A DNA stretch of 63,579 bases, filler included, from Choristocarpus tenellus KU-1152 (GCA_964200185.2; 9 parts of 9 records of this genome joined end to end with filler, not necessarily neighbours in it); one strand, 5' to 3'. Shown: positions 41,501 to 54,899, counted from the first letter of the whole stretch. Program-made: numbers and translations. Notes: generated from the letters alone by a model not told the origin.

Positions 41501-43226
41501 TCGTGTGGTTCTGTGGCGGCATGATTCACTCAGGGAAGGGTGGCGAAGAAAATCACCAGGCAAGACGGACCAGATGAACAAAGACGAACCGTAACCGAGG
41601 GTATGAGGTTAAGGTTGGACAAGGGAAAATTGAGGAGTGATGAGCATCTTCAGAGATGGAGCTTCATCACTACAAGCAAAGAAGTGAGAACAAAGTGGTG
41701 TGACAATCTGAATGACGAGCTGTCCCAAGCCTGTGGGGTTGGTCTTGTCAAGAGATTCCAAGGTCCACCAGTGGAATCACGGATGCTTGACAAGGAACCT
41801 CAATCGGTATAACGGTATAACGGTATGAAGGTATATGACATACGCCAATAACGGTATAACAACAGACAAACATGCTTCCACACTAAACCCATTTGGTGTC
41901 CAGCGAACAAAATAAAAAATAGGGAAGATCACAAAAGTTCGTTGAGGGATTGAAAGGTCTGCAGTTTTGAAAGTTGATTCTGGGATGGGGGACAATGACA
42001 ATAGATGGTACTACATGTGACTAGGCTGAAGAAGGAATAATGCCTATGTCTTTAGAAGGTGGACACAGAGGACGGACTGAAATTAACTTGTTGTGATCAA
42101 TCTTTAGGGGAAGGGAGATGGGGAGAGTCTCAGCAAAAGCGGGAGATATGTGAGAAAGAGTAAGAGGAGACGAAACGGTATGAGAAAGAGTCCTTCGCAT
42201 CCGGTGATTAAATTGACAGATAAACAGTAGTGCACATCTTGGGAATGTAGTAATTGGTTGGATACTCTGTGAAAGTCATAAATGGGTATTTCATGTCTAC
42301 GTCATCAGCCATAGATTATGTCACTTCTCACAAACGTTACCATCGATTAACATCTATGATGGAATTCGACATGTTAGGGCAAATTGTCAGAGTGGCAAGC
42401 TGTTGGGATACCTTGTAAAGGCGTGACTGGGGGATCACCCTATGTGCTGCTAACATCCACGTTATCCTTGCATAAGTTCCAAAGTCTCATGTCCCATCAT
42501 AATCACTTAGCCCCCCAATCCATCATGGTGGTTAAAGGAATGTGTGGGTCTGAGCATTTTCACAGTCAAAACCAATTTCTAGAATCTGGCAATTTCCTCA
42601 TCTAACCACATAAGGAAATGATCCTTCAGGTGCTTCCATGCTTCTAAAGGGGACGCTGCATTGCAGACGATGGTCTTATCTGCAGGTCAAAGTATCTGGG
42701 GGGGGGGGGGTGCCGGCGTCCGTTTTTCACTTTTTTCAATTTTTACTTTTTGGTGTGATTTGGTTGCACGTGTCGGATTTGAAATGTGGGCAAAAAAAAG
42801 AAGACTATTGGTTAGTTTCCCTTCTGTCCTTACATACGCAAGAGGAATGGGAATATATGCCACAATTTACTTGGGCTTGGTTACGAGTTTCGACGTTTGC
42901 AGGTGTCGGATTTCGAATGTGTTCAAACAGGCTTATTGGTTGGTGTATGTTGGTCTTACAGTCAGGATGAAGAATGAAAGATATGCCACTTGTTGTTTTA
43001 GGGTTAGTTATATGGGTTTGTTTGGTTGCATGAGTGGAATTTGGTTAGCACATAAATAGGGCTGTCGATTAGGGTGTGTTTTCCCAGTGCTAGAACGAGG
43101 AAATGAAGAAACGACAATGAACTGTTTCAAGATTAGTTTTTTCCTTAATTTGCTTGCATAAGTCGTGTCTAGTATGTACACAAAGAGGACTGTCAGTTAG
43201 GGCCTGTTCTCCCGGTGTGTGCACGA

Positions 43227-43484
43227 GAGCCAAAGTATCTTAGAGGGGAGAGCCGCGTCTTATTGGGGGCCAAAATCCGATGTTGCGATTTCGATGTAAT
43301 TTTGGCTATTGTGTCTTTTAGGAAGTGTCAATATCCCCGTTCCGGACACGCCTTTTCTTAATGTATATATCTTACCTACTTTGAAATATTTTGGAGCAGG
43401 AAAAGGTCAAAAGAACCCCGAGGGAAGCCAAGTCCCAAATGGACAAACAGGGCAAAACTCGTACCCTCTAAGATTCTTTCACTC
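43227..43484. mobile_element. MITE family B, complete copy with 3-bp TSD CGA
   Basis: cga|gagccaaagtatcttagaggg...ccctctaagattctttcactc|cga; reverse-complement homolog of 3848-4105. Confidence 0.85.
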
Positions 43485-44487
43485 CGAGGAACTAAAACAT
43501 ATACCATAGACTGTGTTAAATTTAGTACTTCGTTTATTTGCTTGCATATGTCGGATTTAGTAAGTACACAAACGGGGTTGTCACTCAGGGTGTTAGGGTT
43601 AAAGTTGTTGGCATGAAGGAAGGGAAAATGGTCAGGTTTTACTTTCGGGTTAGTGTAGTGTTTCTGGATGTGTTCACAAACGGTTATTGGTCAAGGTCTA
43701 TTGTCGTACGTTTTGCTGGAAGTATCTTAAGATATATTTCCCTTGATTCTGGGTTAGGGTTAGTGGGTTGAACAAATGCTGATGAGCTAGGGTTGGTTTG
43801 GCGTAAGTAGGGTCGATGATGGGACTGGTATATAATTCAGGTAAGGCTCTTGTCGATCTTAGGTTGCCATGGGATGCAGATGGGTTCAATGTAAGTGCTA
43901 GGGTAAGGTTATGATTAGTGTTGGTGTGCGGGGGTGGTGATCTAGGCCATTCGTCGAGTTCATGGCACATGTTTGGGGTAGGCTCAGGGTTGGTGTTGTG
44001 CTTAGGAGCATTGGGCGTGGACTTTGGTATATGATCCTCCAAGATTTGAAGGAAGACGAGATCGGCCCTCGTTTGTCGACACTTGGACAAAGCATGAGAT
44101 GGTACACAGAGTATTGAGAAGCAGGGGGTGTTCGATTAGACTCTTCCAACTCTATCGGACAGCTACGGTAAAATATGTACNNNNNNNNNNNNNNNNNNNN
44201 NNNNNNNNNNNNNNNNNNNNNNNNTTAATTAATTAANNNNNNNNNNNNNNNNNNNNNNNNNNNNNNNNNNNNNNNNNNNNCGCGACATGAAAAATTGACC
44301 CCAAATGGACAGCCGCCACCCCCTCCCAGATACTTTGAGCCTTGAGTACTAAAGAGCTCGTCGCATATTGAAAGTAGTGGAATCTGACCAGCACCGCTCA
44401 GTTGAAGCAATTCTGACGTGGTGAAAAACACTTCAGCGGGCATGCTGACTCCACTTCTTCGGCAAGTCTCATTTCTTGGGTCCCTAC

Positions 44488-44957
44488 CTTCTGACTTCGA
44501 ACCATTCCTCTCGTGGTAAAACCTCCTGCTAGCAAGCACTCAACCACCTTTCCACCAGTCTGACCACCGGCACCCGTCACCAGCACCCGTGGTGTGACTT
44601 CGGCATTCATTGTGAGGATATCATTAACACCTGTGGCGCCGCCTCTCCTGTCACAGGTATCAACACACAGCTATCAAAAATTGGGTTGGGCGAGCCCGAT
44701 CATGTTGTTTTGTTGGCACTAGTTGCTGTCCTCGGGCGTATATATCTACACATGTCGTATCAATTAGTTGAATCAACGCACCGCCACAGTACGATGACAC
44801 GGCTGGGCGGTGTGAAACACCAATAGGTGGATAGGGGAATGTGAATGGGGCAGTTTATGTACCTGACAGCTTCGGTCACCACTCCAACAGGAGGCACAAA
44901 CGAAGCGCCTCGTCGAAACACGAAGGATATACCGAGTATAGTGGTTATCAGCTTCAT
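44488..44957 (-). CDS. First two exons of a plastid-targeted NAD(P)-binding Rossmann-fold protein (atypical SDR/NmrA-like, At5g02240-like)
   Basis: Exons 44863-44957 (MKLITTILGISFVFRRGAS-FVPP: signal peptide plus ASAFAP-like Phe) and 44488-44647 (VLVTGAGGQTG...GMVRS, GxxGxxG motif). Phases match; the gene runs off the contig end. Confidence 0.85.
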
Positions 44958-45298
44958 GTTTTTTTGATCAGGTTGCAGTGCTGAGTCAATGGGGAAGCCA
45001 AGCACGCTTAGACCGTACAGTTGGACGGTTGGAGGTCATGAAAATTGTGGAAGAATTCAACATCGACAAGAATAAAAAAACGTAGGTATTTGGTACTTCA
45101 TCATGGTGGTTTCCATAGCACTACAGAGCCAATAAGGATGAAACCCCATCCACACTCTTCCCAATTCCAGAAAAATCGAAAACCTCGTTCAGAAATCTAT
45201 CCACAGTGGTACGAGTTTGTCTATACTTACCAGCAGAGCAAATCACGCTTTCTTACTCTCCAGTAGTATATATTATCTGATCCAATCGGCAGAGATCA
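44958..45298. promoter_or_regulatory. Putative bidirectional promoter (341 bp between divergent start codons)
   Basis: Minus-strand ATG at 44957 and plus-strand ATG at 45299 lie on the same contig. Confidence 0.55.
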
Positions 45299-48200
45299 AT
45301 GAAGGTTTATGTCCACTATGAGCAGGGATCCGACACTGACCTCCATGTTACACTCAAGCTAACCCTACCCAAGAAATGGGAGGACCAAAACCCTGTAAGG
45401 GTGTTGGAGGTAAGGGGAAGAGGGTCGAGGAAGGCGCTTGCCGCATTTCTCATGGAAGGCTTGCTGCTTATGTTTATGTTTTGTCCTCCGATTCTCTCTT
45501 CTCTCGAAGTGGGTGATGGACCATCGATATCCTCAACTACACCATCCCAACAGCAAGAAGGAGGACCCACTCTTTTCTCAGCCAATGCCCGAGTTTTCGA
45601 AGTGGATTTTTCAACATGGATTGTTGGTTGGATTAAAGTAATCTGAGTTTGTTGTGCGTAACAGTGTCCAAGTGTAGGTCACCATCCTCTTTCATTCTGC
45701 GCAAGTCAGGCACCATCCCAAGTCTCTTTCGATATTGCCCGTGCCTTGTCCACCCCGTTTGAAGCAGCTCTTCGTGGATTCCTATAACAAGCGCAAGCCG
45801 GATAACCGACTTGTGACCGCAGAGTGTCACTTAGAGGTATCAGGAAAGGCCCTTACCCATGGCGATACTATCGGTTCTACGATGAAGCATCAAGGAGACG
45901 TTTACGTTGTTCCTGGAGCAACGGAGGAGGCCAAGACAAGACCAGCTGAAGAAGGTAGGTAGTAGGAAGAATTGGTGATGTGTTGTTGTGTTTCGGCAGC
46001 TAATGATTGCTGAATAACGTTATGTCCGTGTCCCTATCAAAATGTTGATGCCTTGCCATCAACCAAGAGTGGTGCATCTAGGCTAGGTTTCAATCTAGGA
46101 TTGTGTGAATAGCAAGAATGGTCCCTCTAACAGCGCTACATTTACTCTGCATATGGAAAAAAAATGAGAACTCCCTGATAGAGAGGATAACCTAGCCCCT
46201 TACCCGCGGGTTGCATGGACACTCGCTCACTAGAATTGCATCGTACCTCGTCTGAGTCTGAAGATGTGTTATCTTTTGATTCCTTCGATTTCAATTGTTG
46301 AGTCCTTTCAATTGCTGATCAAAATAACGATCAGGTGAACACACAATTTCTATCAACAGGTAAGAGTCTATTGCTCAAGGATTAGAAAATTTCATCGTGG
46401 TACCCTCCAATGCCCTGCTTACCCTTGCCGTTGAATATCTGTGGGTGTGTACAGCCAAGGGCACTGGTCGGGCAGGGGCTCTTCGATGCCGCAACTTTGG
46501 CTGCAATGAGTACTTCGACGAGGGGAAAAACAGGTGAACTTCAACTCTTGGCCAAAAGGGAGTCATTCTTTATGATGGGAGAATATTCTGGGTGGGCAAG
46601 AGCCTAGATGGGAGGCCCAGACCAGGAGGTGTAAGGACTTGGAGGAGCTCAGTGTCAGATTGATGGTGTGGTTAGGGACAAGCTCACAAAGGTGTTCAGA
46701 TTGGTGCAAAGCTATTGGCAGTGGAAGGGATATTGTAGAGTTGAGCGGGTTCAACGCTATTTTTCTTTCAGAGGAAGATTAGGGTAGGGCTATTGATGTG
46801 TGTTCTGTGCTGAACAGCGTGGTTCTCACTCTTACTTGCTGCATGAGTGTGAAGTATTCAGAGGTATTGCATTGAGATCTATCCTCTGCCTCTATAGATA
46901 GAGCACTATGTGTGCCTCTTGCTGTGTTCACAGTGTTGTGTTTGGCATTTGAACAAGGTCCTCCCTCCCAGGTCCACTGCTTCATACTGTTTTTAATCAA
47001 ATTTGCCACAACTAACATTGGAAGCACATTCCTTTGCCCCTCCCTCCCTCTGTTGTTATCCATCTGATGTTCTTTGTCGCAATTTATTCTTACAGTGACA
47101 GTGCCTGCCGCCACCACACAGCACCCCCCATCTTCCATGACACCAGAAAGGGCTGGGGCTGTTGTAAAAAGCGGGTCTATGATTGGGATGAGTTTGAACA
47201 GCTGGTGGGTGAGTTTTGTACTTCTCAGATGTAGATGCCATGCGGACAAGTCCAAGATTCAAGGACTGGCAACTGGAGCATACGATTGTGTCTTGGTTGG
47301 CGTTATTGTGGCCTCTGATGTTGGCATTTGGTTGACCAAAAAAATTGGTGAGAGAAAGAGATGAGATTAAGGTAGGTGGCCTGAAGGTGGACATAATTAG
47401 AGACTTTTTTTTAGGGTGGGGATGGGTTCCGAGTTTTTTTGGATTAGTAAAAGATGTGTCAAGGGATGCGGTCAGTAGTTGTGGTGCTGAGGGTAATATG
47501 TGTCTGGGGAAACAGACTGGTGGTATTTCTCAAGCTTGTCCATGTGCTGCCAGTTCTATTTTTTTTATATTTTCGCATTCTGTGGGGCGGTTGTCCTGTC
47601 ACGTGTTTAGGAGAAGGGCAGTTTGTACTGTAGGGTTAGGGTAGAGATGATCAGGAAGGGTAGCGGAGTGTTTTGGGGGATGAGATTATGAGGGTTGTCT
47701 TTTTGTAATGTGGAAGGAGGAGAACTGTGATGGTGAGGATGTTGAAATTTCTCATATCTCTATCATCTACCAATGCTATACTTCAAATACCCCGCCCTAT
47801 GCCAACCTTAGTAGAAAACCCTTAATCCTGTCTCTGTCCCTGTCCCTGCTCTCTCTCATCTGGGGCGTATTATTATTATTATTATTATTAATGCCTGTGA
47901 AGGGTGCATAGTGGGAAGGCATGATCCCACAGATCCTAAAGACAAGCTTCCTCCTACACCACCTTCAGCAGAGGAGGAAACCAAACAGGTGTTTGCAACT
48001 GGGCATGTAGGGGGAGGTGATCACAATGAGGATGCTGTGTGCCTGGTGTGCAGGGTGGTCAAGTCATCTAACCACACACAACAATCCTCACTTGTTCGTG
48101 AAGTGCACTGCTCTGTCCTGTGGTTGAGGATTAAGTGGTATATAAGAGACTGGTACCATGGACTGCGCTATATGTTGTACCATGTTATAAGTGTTGTACT

Positions 48201-50157
48201 TTGCTGGTACCACAATGCGCAACCTTGTGCGCTGGGTACTTGGTAGCACCTGAAGTTCTGAACCGGTTCACTGAAGTTTTATGGGCGTTCAGTGAACCCA
48301 TATTGTGTTTGTTTTTGCTAATCTCCTTGTGATTTGCTGTTCTTAAGTCTGATTGTTTGCTCATTGTAGTAAAGTGGTAGGGCAAGTAGAATCAAAATAT
48401 GTAATGGAATAAAAACAGGTTCGTGTGTGACTCAAAGAATTTGATGAAACCTCCCTCACCCTCCTCGCCCCCCCCTTCCATTCTGCTGAAATTGTTGTGC
48501 TTTTTTTTTCCTGAATCGAAAAGGCCGCCCCCATTCCGTTGAAGTCGATTGATAAGTTCAATCAGGAAAATCCAGATGCAGCAACGGCAGCAGGATCGGT
48601 GGTGAAGGCGTTGGCAAAGGGGAGCAAGAAGTGCACCAGGAGGGCAGATGGGACAGCATGGTGAGGGGGGGGCTATGGGCACATGAAGACCGTGTTGTGT
48701 TGTGTTGTGTGTGTGTGTGTGTTGTGCAAATTGTGTTTTGTGTTGTGCATGTGTAGCTGTGCCATTTGTATTTTATTGATTTCTTTGAAAAATATGTACA
48801 GTTCAAGGCAAATGAACATATTGCGAAGTGGTTATTCTAGTGTGAACTCTACGTATGTGTCCGTGACAACTACCTTCTGAACTGACCCCCTGATCTCGAC
48901 CTGAGGTGCAAGAGAAGCATTCGTGGTATCCAAAGCTTGCGTGATGTCTTTTCATTTTTTTCAAGAATGGAGTTGAATAGAGGGGGGTAAGTTTGTTTTT
49001 TTTACTTTGGAGGGAGCACCGCCTTAATTGGTGTATTAGTAGTGGTATGGATAACATTTTGTGTCATGGTGATAGGTTGGTGGTCCTTAGACAAGACTAT
49101 CTGGAAGACACAATGTGGAAATTAGGAGTAAATACATCAAAATCCACGTGGTCGGTAATGTTCTTTCCAAGAGTATGGCTTAACATCAAATCAGCTCAGC
49201 AAGATAGACATCCCTTAAACTAACGAGTGTGGTATGACTACAGTTAAGGCATTAAGTGAAACCTTGAATTTTATTCTGGATCTCACCAGGACAGAAATCA
49301 TCCCCCCCACCCCCCACCCCCCACCCCTATCTCCCTCATTGACTCCTGTTTCCACTATGCTGCTGTTGGCAACAACCAAATTATCCTTGGTGGTTCCATC
49401 TCCAGCTGCATCAACAATGGCTGTCAGAAGGACTTCACCGTCTCAGAAAACACACCAGATTCATGCAGGTTTGTGCAAGTTGTTATCCCCCTCAGCCTGC
49501 CCTGCTGCACTCGTCCACCCTCATGCATTGGTCAACACATTTTTAAGGGAGATGGCCACACATGCCCTTCAGAACACTTGGTATCACAACGCCCAAGAAA
49601 AATTCCAATTGCTTGTGTAGGGGCGAACAGTTCTTTGAGGGTGTCTAAATCCTTTGTATTTCAACTCTCTAGGGGTAACCTGTGTGCACACATACACCAA
49701 TTGCTTTGGAACATCCATCCTGGTTCCACACACACACACACACACACACACTACTTGATGCCCTGTTATCTCTGTTTTTTCTCCAATCAACTCCACTCTT
49801 CATCACCCAACCTTCCTCACTGCACACACCTCCGTGCTTGCCTGTTTGTTTTTAATATTTTCACCTTCTGTACATGGATGGCGTTTCACTGCCTCTGGGT
49901 CTCTTGTGTCGTGACTGGGTTTGTTGGATGTGTCACAATTCGATGTCTCGTCTCAAAATAAAATCGGAAACACACTACATAAATTTGAGTGAAGGTATCA
50001 TGCCATGAATCCGGTCTTCCATGATGGGGGCAAGCACTGGGCCTGTTGCCCAGACCAGGTCAAGTTTGAGTTTGAAGATTTCATTGCTGTTCAGGGCTGC
50101 CAGTTAGGTTATCACAATGATGGGTCTGGAGAGTTCAAAAATGAAGTGTCAGGTTAA
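45299..50157 (+). CDS. Tandem-CHORD zinc-binding protein (RAR1/CHORDC1-like HSP90 co-chaperone family) with an extra N-terminal domain and no CS domain; 8 exons, 312 aa
   Basis: Phase-consistent exons: 45299-45409, 45768-45954, 46455-46533, 47096-47208, 47903-47988, 48524-48660, 49406-49468, 49995-50157 (939 nt). CHORD1: CRNFGC...CRHHTAPPIFHDTRKGWGCC...FEQLVGCIVGRH. CHORD2: CINNGC...CRYHAMNPVFHDGGKHWACC...FEDFIAVQGCQLGYH. Confidence 0.92.
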
Positions 50158-50858
50158 TTGAGTGTTTGCTCTAGTGCATGTGGTTGAGAATAATTGTGGG
50201 AGGGAGGGGTGGGGGTGGAGTAGGGCAGCCTGGGTTGTGGTGCAGAAGGGGCAGGGCAGCGCAGGGTAAGTGGACATCAGGCTGCTAGATATTGCAAGAC
50301 TTGGCTGTGATCTGATGGACTGCTGGTCAAAGGCAGTCCTTTAGAGGGAGAAAATAGGTCTATTGTGGTGTTTATCGAGACACTTGTGCTGTTTGTGGAT
50401 GTTTTCAACTTGCTGCAATCAGGTTTGTTGATGTTGACCCTTTTCTTATTTTAAGGGCAATTTAGACACATGTGTCTGATGTCATCATCATGATCTCGAC
50501 TGCCTACACACCTCCACCCTCGATTCTTGTGTGTGCTTTATCTGATACGTCAGTTTCTAATATTGCAACAAGACTTGATACAGTCTGTTGTTGACATTGT
50601 CACGTGCGTATGAAGTGTAGCCCTTGAAGGATGACCAAAGGACTGGTCAAGACTTTTATCAAGTAAAACAGTATACACTATATAGTTACTTGCATCTCAA
50701 TATATGGACATCACTGTAGAGGTGTTGCCAGCAGAGACCCCTACCCCTACCCCAATCCNNNNNNNNNNNNNNNNNNNNNNNNNNNNNNNNNNNNNNNNNN
50801 NNTTAATTAATTAANNNNNNNNNNNNNNNNNNNNNNNNNNNNNNNNNNNNNNNNNNNN

Positions 50859-51150
50859 CCTCTGGGGTAGGTGCAGGTGGTGCTGTTCCCCCCCAAGTTA
50901 CCCAGTCTTGGCCAATAATTTCAGCCAGGTCTTCTGAGGGAACCCCTGTAGAAAGAAGGGTGTGTATAGAACCTCCCAAGGCCTTTATGGTGGGGTTTGC
51001 ACATACGGCTTGTGAGAAGGACTCGCCATGAGACCCTTGCTGCCTTGCTAGAAGGGTGGGTAGGGTAGCCACCAGTGATCCTACAAAAGCCGCATGCTGG
51101 CAGTGTTTCATGGAAGAGAGGCCTAGACCCCCCAACCGTGCCTTATTCCC
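50859..51150 (-). mobile_element. Non-LTR retrotransposon fragment (region C-terminal to RT)
   Basis: ARLGGLGLSS...AAFVGS resembles the GGLGL...AAF/YxxS motif that follows the RT domain in CRE/R2-like elements. Confidence 0.6.
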
Positions 51151-52358
51151 GCCGACCCCACCGAAATATAATATCCTAAACATAAGACCACTATAAAACA
51201 TTATCGCCAACTCATTCCAACAAAATCGGTAGGTTTGTAGCCAGCTCTTAAATATGACGATTTTTATATCGGTATGATCGGTATGTACTGGTAATTATTT
51301 TTGTATTTTTGCAGAGTTGTTCTGTCTGTTAAAAATGACAGAACGTTAAGTTGTGTTATGCGAGCGTTACGTGTTCCATCCTTGATATAGATCTAAGATG
51401 CAACTCACAAGAGGTAGTATGTTCAATTGTTTTGCTCCTATTTGTCCTGAAGGCATAACCCCATTTACTACTGGTGCGAAGTTGACCTTTTCACAGAGGA
51501 AACAACCGATTCAGAATGCAAAAGGGAAGCTTCGGCTACCCACTCGCTAGAACGAAACTCCATTGAAAGTAACTGGGAGTGAATTTTTTTGTCCTTCTTA
51601 GGGATGACCCGGGGTGGTCTCGTGGTGATTACTTCTGAAATTCTTACCTCCCTGTGATCGAGGGGTGACCTTCAACTTCATTGAGAAATAGAGTTAGATT
51701 GGTGTGTGGAGAGACGCCTTGTGAATAATGTTAAGCACCGAAGCCCCAGCATTTGTGCCGTTCTCACTTTTCCATCAACAACTTCAACCAGGTTAGGGAG
51801 TGTTTGAAGTTCTCCCTTCTTTGAAGGGAAATATTTGACCCTTGGGGAAGTGGGAGAAGAGATAAGGGATTGCTTGGAAAACATTGCAGGGGAGTACATT
51901 TGATTTTCTCAATAAAGGGTCGATTCTACCAATATCTAATCATCAGTACCTCGTCCCAACTAAAATGGTGGTGATGTAGCCCTGGAGCTCATATTTTTGT
52001 ACCCTTGCAATAATCTTTGCCCTGACCTCGTCGGACTGCCTCATTTACTTTTCAACATAACAAAGAAAGCCCGTGCTCTGCCTGTTTTTACATTTCTGCA
52101 TATTTTCGCTGCGACTAAAAACATGCGACACCCTAGCTCACCTTGCAACAACTTTGCCCCAATATTGCGAGCGTGTTATGGAAGTTGGTTCTCCTCGTGA
52201 CCTTTTTCACCCATTAATATATGCCTTTCGTAATTAGGAACTTGTTCCAGTTCCACCCACCCCCAGTTTTCGTGTATTCTTTTACCCTTTCAATGACTGC
52301 CTTTGGATGTCACCATTGCTGTATTCGCTGCTACCGCTGTTGTATTTTTTACGTGCAG

Positions 52359-54899
52359 AGGACGACACTATGGGGCTAGACCTGGCGGAGTTTCACCTAC
52401 TGTCCAGCTACTTGTTGAATGAGGGTCCAGACGCTGCTGGGCACTTCTATCCTCCCCAGGCACTTGAACTCCCAGGAGAACCGCTGCCGCAAGCAATACC
52501 GTCAGAATCCCAAGTGGATGTCGACCCGAAGAGTGAAGAAAGCAGCATTAGTGAGGAGGGAAGGGGAGGTGAGGGCATAACCATGGGGCTGGCTCCTCCA
52601 TCGGCGCATTCACGAAGCATCACACCCCGAAAAGCAAGCATTGCATCTTCGAGAAAGGCAGGGACGAGTGGGACTGGGAGTGGGACTGGTGCGAAGAGAA
52701 GAGCATCGACCAAGGAGGAGCAACAGAAGAAACGCCGCGAAAGGAATCGAGTACTTGCCCGCCGTACACGCCTCCGGAAGAAGTATTTTTTCCAGTCCCT
52801 GCAAAAACAGGTTTGTTGTGTGCATTTGGGCGGAGGGTATCTGTTCTGGTAGCTATTGATGCGATGTAGCACAGGTCTACAGCTTTATAAGCTGCCTGCG
52901 TGTACTGTGTTCGTGATAAGAAGTATAGTTATCTCTTTTTACGTCTGCCTGCTTGTCATGTGCATGCCGTTTTGTACAGATCTGTCAGAGATTTGAACCT
53001 GTCCGGGCTGCATACCAACTCTGCAAGAATGTGTTTTATAGGACCGGTCTGGAACCACCAGAGTTTCCAATCAGACCTGGCCACGAGGCGGTCCGAGTGA
53101 AATATTTTTCGAGAGGGTTGGTCCAGGGTTGTCAGAAATGTGACTAGACTGGGCTGTGATTGGTTGGAGTTGACGTACCCCTCCCCTCCCCTTCCCCTCC
53201 GTAAGGGTATGGCATTTACCGTGAACAATGTCGAGAAAATCCGAATACACTGTCAATTGAAGACTACATGAGATATCTCGAAATACTACGGAGGCGTACG
53301 ATCCAGCCTTAACCCTATAGTTTAGTCTACAGCTTTTGTTACCAGTGGACTGCCTCCACATTCCCCTAATGCCCTCCTCCCAGCGGTGGAGACGAAATCT
53401 TGCATCGGAAACCACTCGCCCATCAACACACTGCATCTCCTTTGCCCTCTTCCAGGTGGCATCCCTGCAAGAGGAGAACAAGCGCCTCAAGGCCATCGTA
53501 ATGGAAAAGTGCGAAGACAACGTCCAGACCATTCTTGAGGAGTGCCACACTCAACTCCCATCGATTGTTGCGGAGAGTGCAAACCAGGCGACGACCTTGC
53601 TGGACCGCAGTGGGTTTCTCCTCATGAAGGCCCTTCAGTCCAGCCAACCTAGCTTTTGCGTAACCGACCCCCTTCTACCGGACAATCCGATCGTGTACGC
53701 CAGTGAGGGTTTCATAGAACTGACAGGTTACAGGCGCCAGCAGGTACTAGGACGAAACTGTCGGTTCTTGCAGGGACCTGACACAGACCCCGAGGCTGTG
53801 GCCAAGATACGGAAAGGGGTGGAGGAGGTGAGGAAGAAGGGAAGGACGGAGCGCTCTGGGGTTGTAGAGGGAGAGTGCGGGTCTTGTATTGTGTGCGGAT
53901 ACGTGCTCTTGATGTATATTTTATGTCTGCACTGGTGATGAGAAGAGCGAGTGGATGTTTGTTGTGAGATTTTTGAGGAGACCAGTGTCACAAGTTCCTA
54001 GGAGGTAGTTTAGTCCTGAAGACTGCGATATGTCTCTCATGTGTGTGCCTAAATGTAGGTTTCAATTTGCAGTGCTGTGGGTTCTGTTGGAGAGTACCGT
54101 TTTTTTGTGTGATGTCCCATATTATTCCCCACTCTCCAAAGGCCAGTTCTTGATTTATGTGTCTGATTGCCTGTGCCTTACAATTTTTGTATCATAGTGT
54201 ATAATACATGGTATGTACATTTGTGTACATGTGTGCGTGTGTGTGTGTAGCCGGTTACTCTGCTCAACAATCATCTGCTGTGGAAGATCTATCACGTTCC
54301 TTGTTTTTTTTATGTGTAGTAGGATATGTCACAAAGTGTAAGATGCTAGAGTTACAAGAATCCCTCTTTTTCCTTGGCAGAAATATGATGCTCACTCAAC
54401 CTCCTATGTTCAACCACCCCAACAATTGGCAAACCATAGGCCTAGCGTGTTCTGCGCCACTTAGAGTGATGTAATCTGATTCTGATATGGACTACTCCAT
54501 AATTAGAACTGAGCTACTACCTAAATCTAACATCGGTGTGTGCCTATATATATTGTGTGTTTATGGGTCCTTCGGGGTGTGGGAATGTTTTCTTTTTTTT
54601 AACTATATTAGGGGGTGGACACTTCAGTATTTCTTCGCCAGTACAAGGCGGACGGTACGATGTTCTGGAACCATGTCTTTGTAGCAGCACTGCGGGATGG
54701 TGAGAACCGGGTGATCAACTACGTTGGCATCCAGCATCGAATGGAAAAGGAGCCATCGGCGGAAGTTGTTGCCATCATCAATCAGGAGAGGGAGGAGCCT
54801 GAAGAGGAGGATATCATGTGGCTTGGTAGCGATGGAGATGAGGTGCAAGGGATAGGGGAGGATGAGGGGATGCAGTTGCATGTGGAAGGCGAAACATAG
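52359..54899 (+). CDS. AUREO2: Aureochrome (bZIP-LOV blue-light receptor/transcription factor), AUREO2 clade
   Basis: Exons 52359-52810 (in-frame ATG at 52370; an upstream exon may exist), 53456-53827 and 54612-54899. The b[30 protein letters not shown] is group-2 type, not the AUREO1 ERNREHAKRSR type. LOV motifs [25 protein letters not shown]. Confidence 0.93.

Noticed and set aside
53171-53176. TGACGT aureochrome-binding motif in the aureochrome's own intron, plus ACGT words upstream of vHPO
   Set aside because: A 6-mer is expected many times by chance in 63 kb and no enrichment could be shown.
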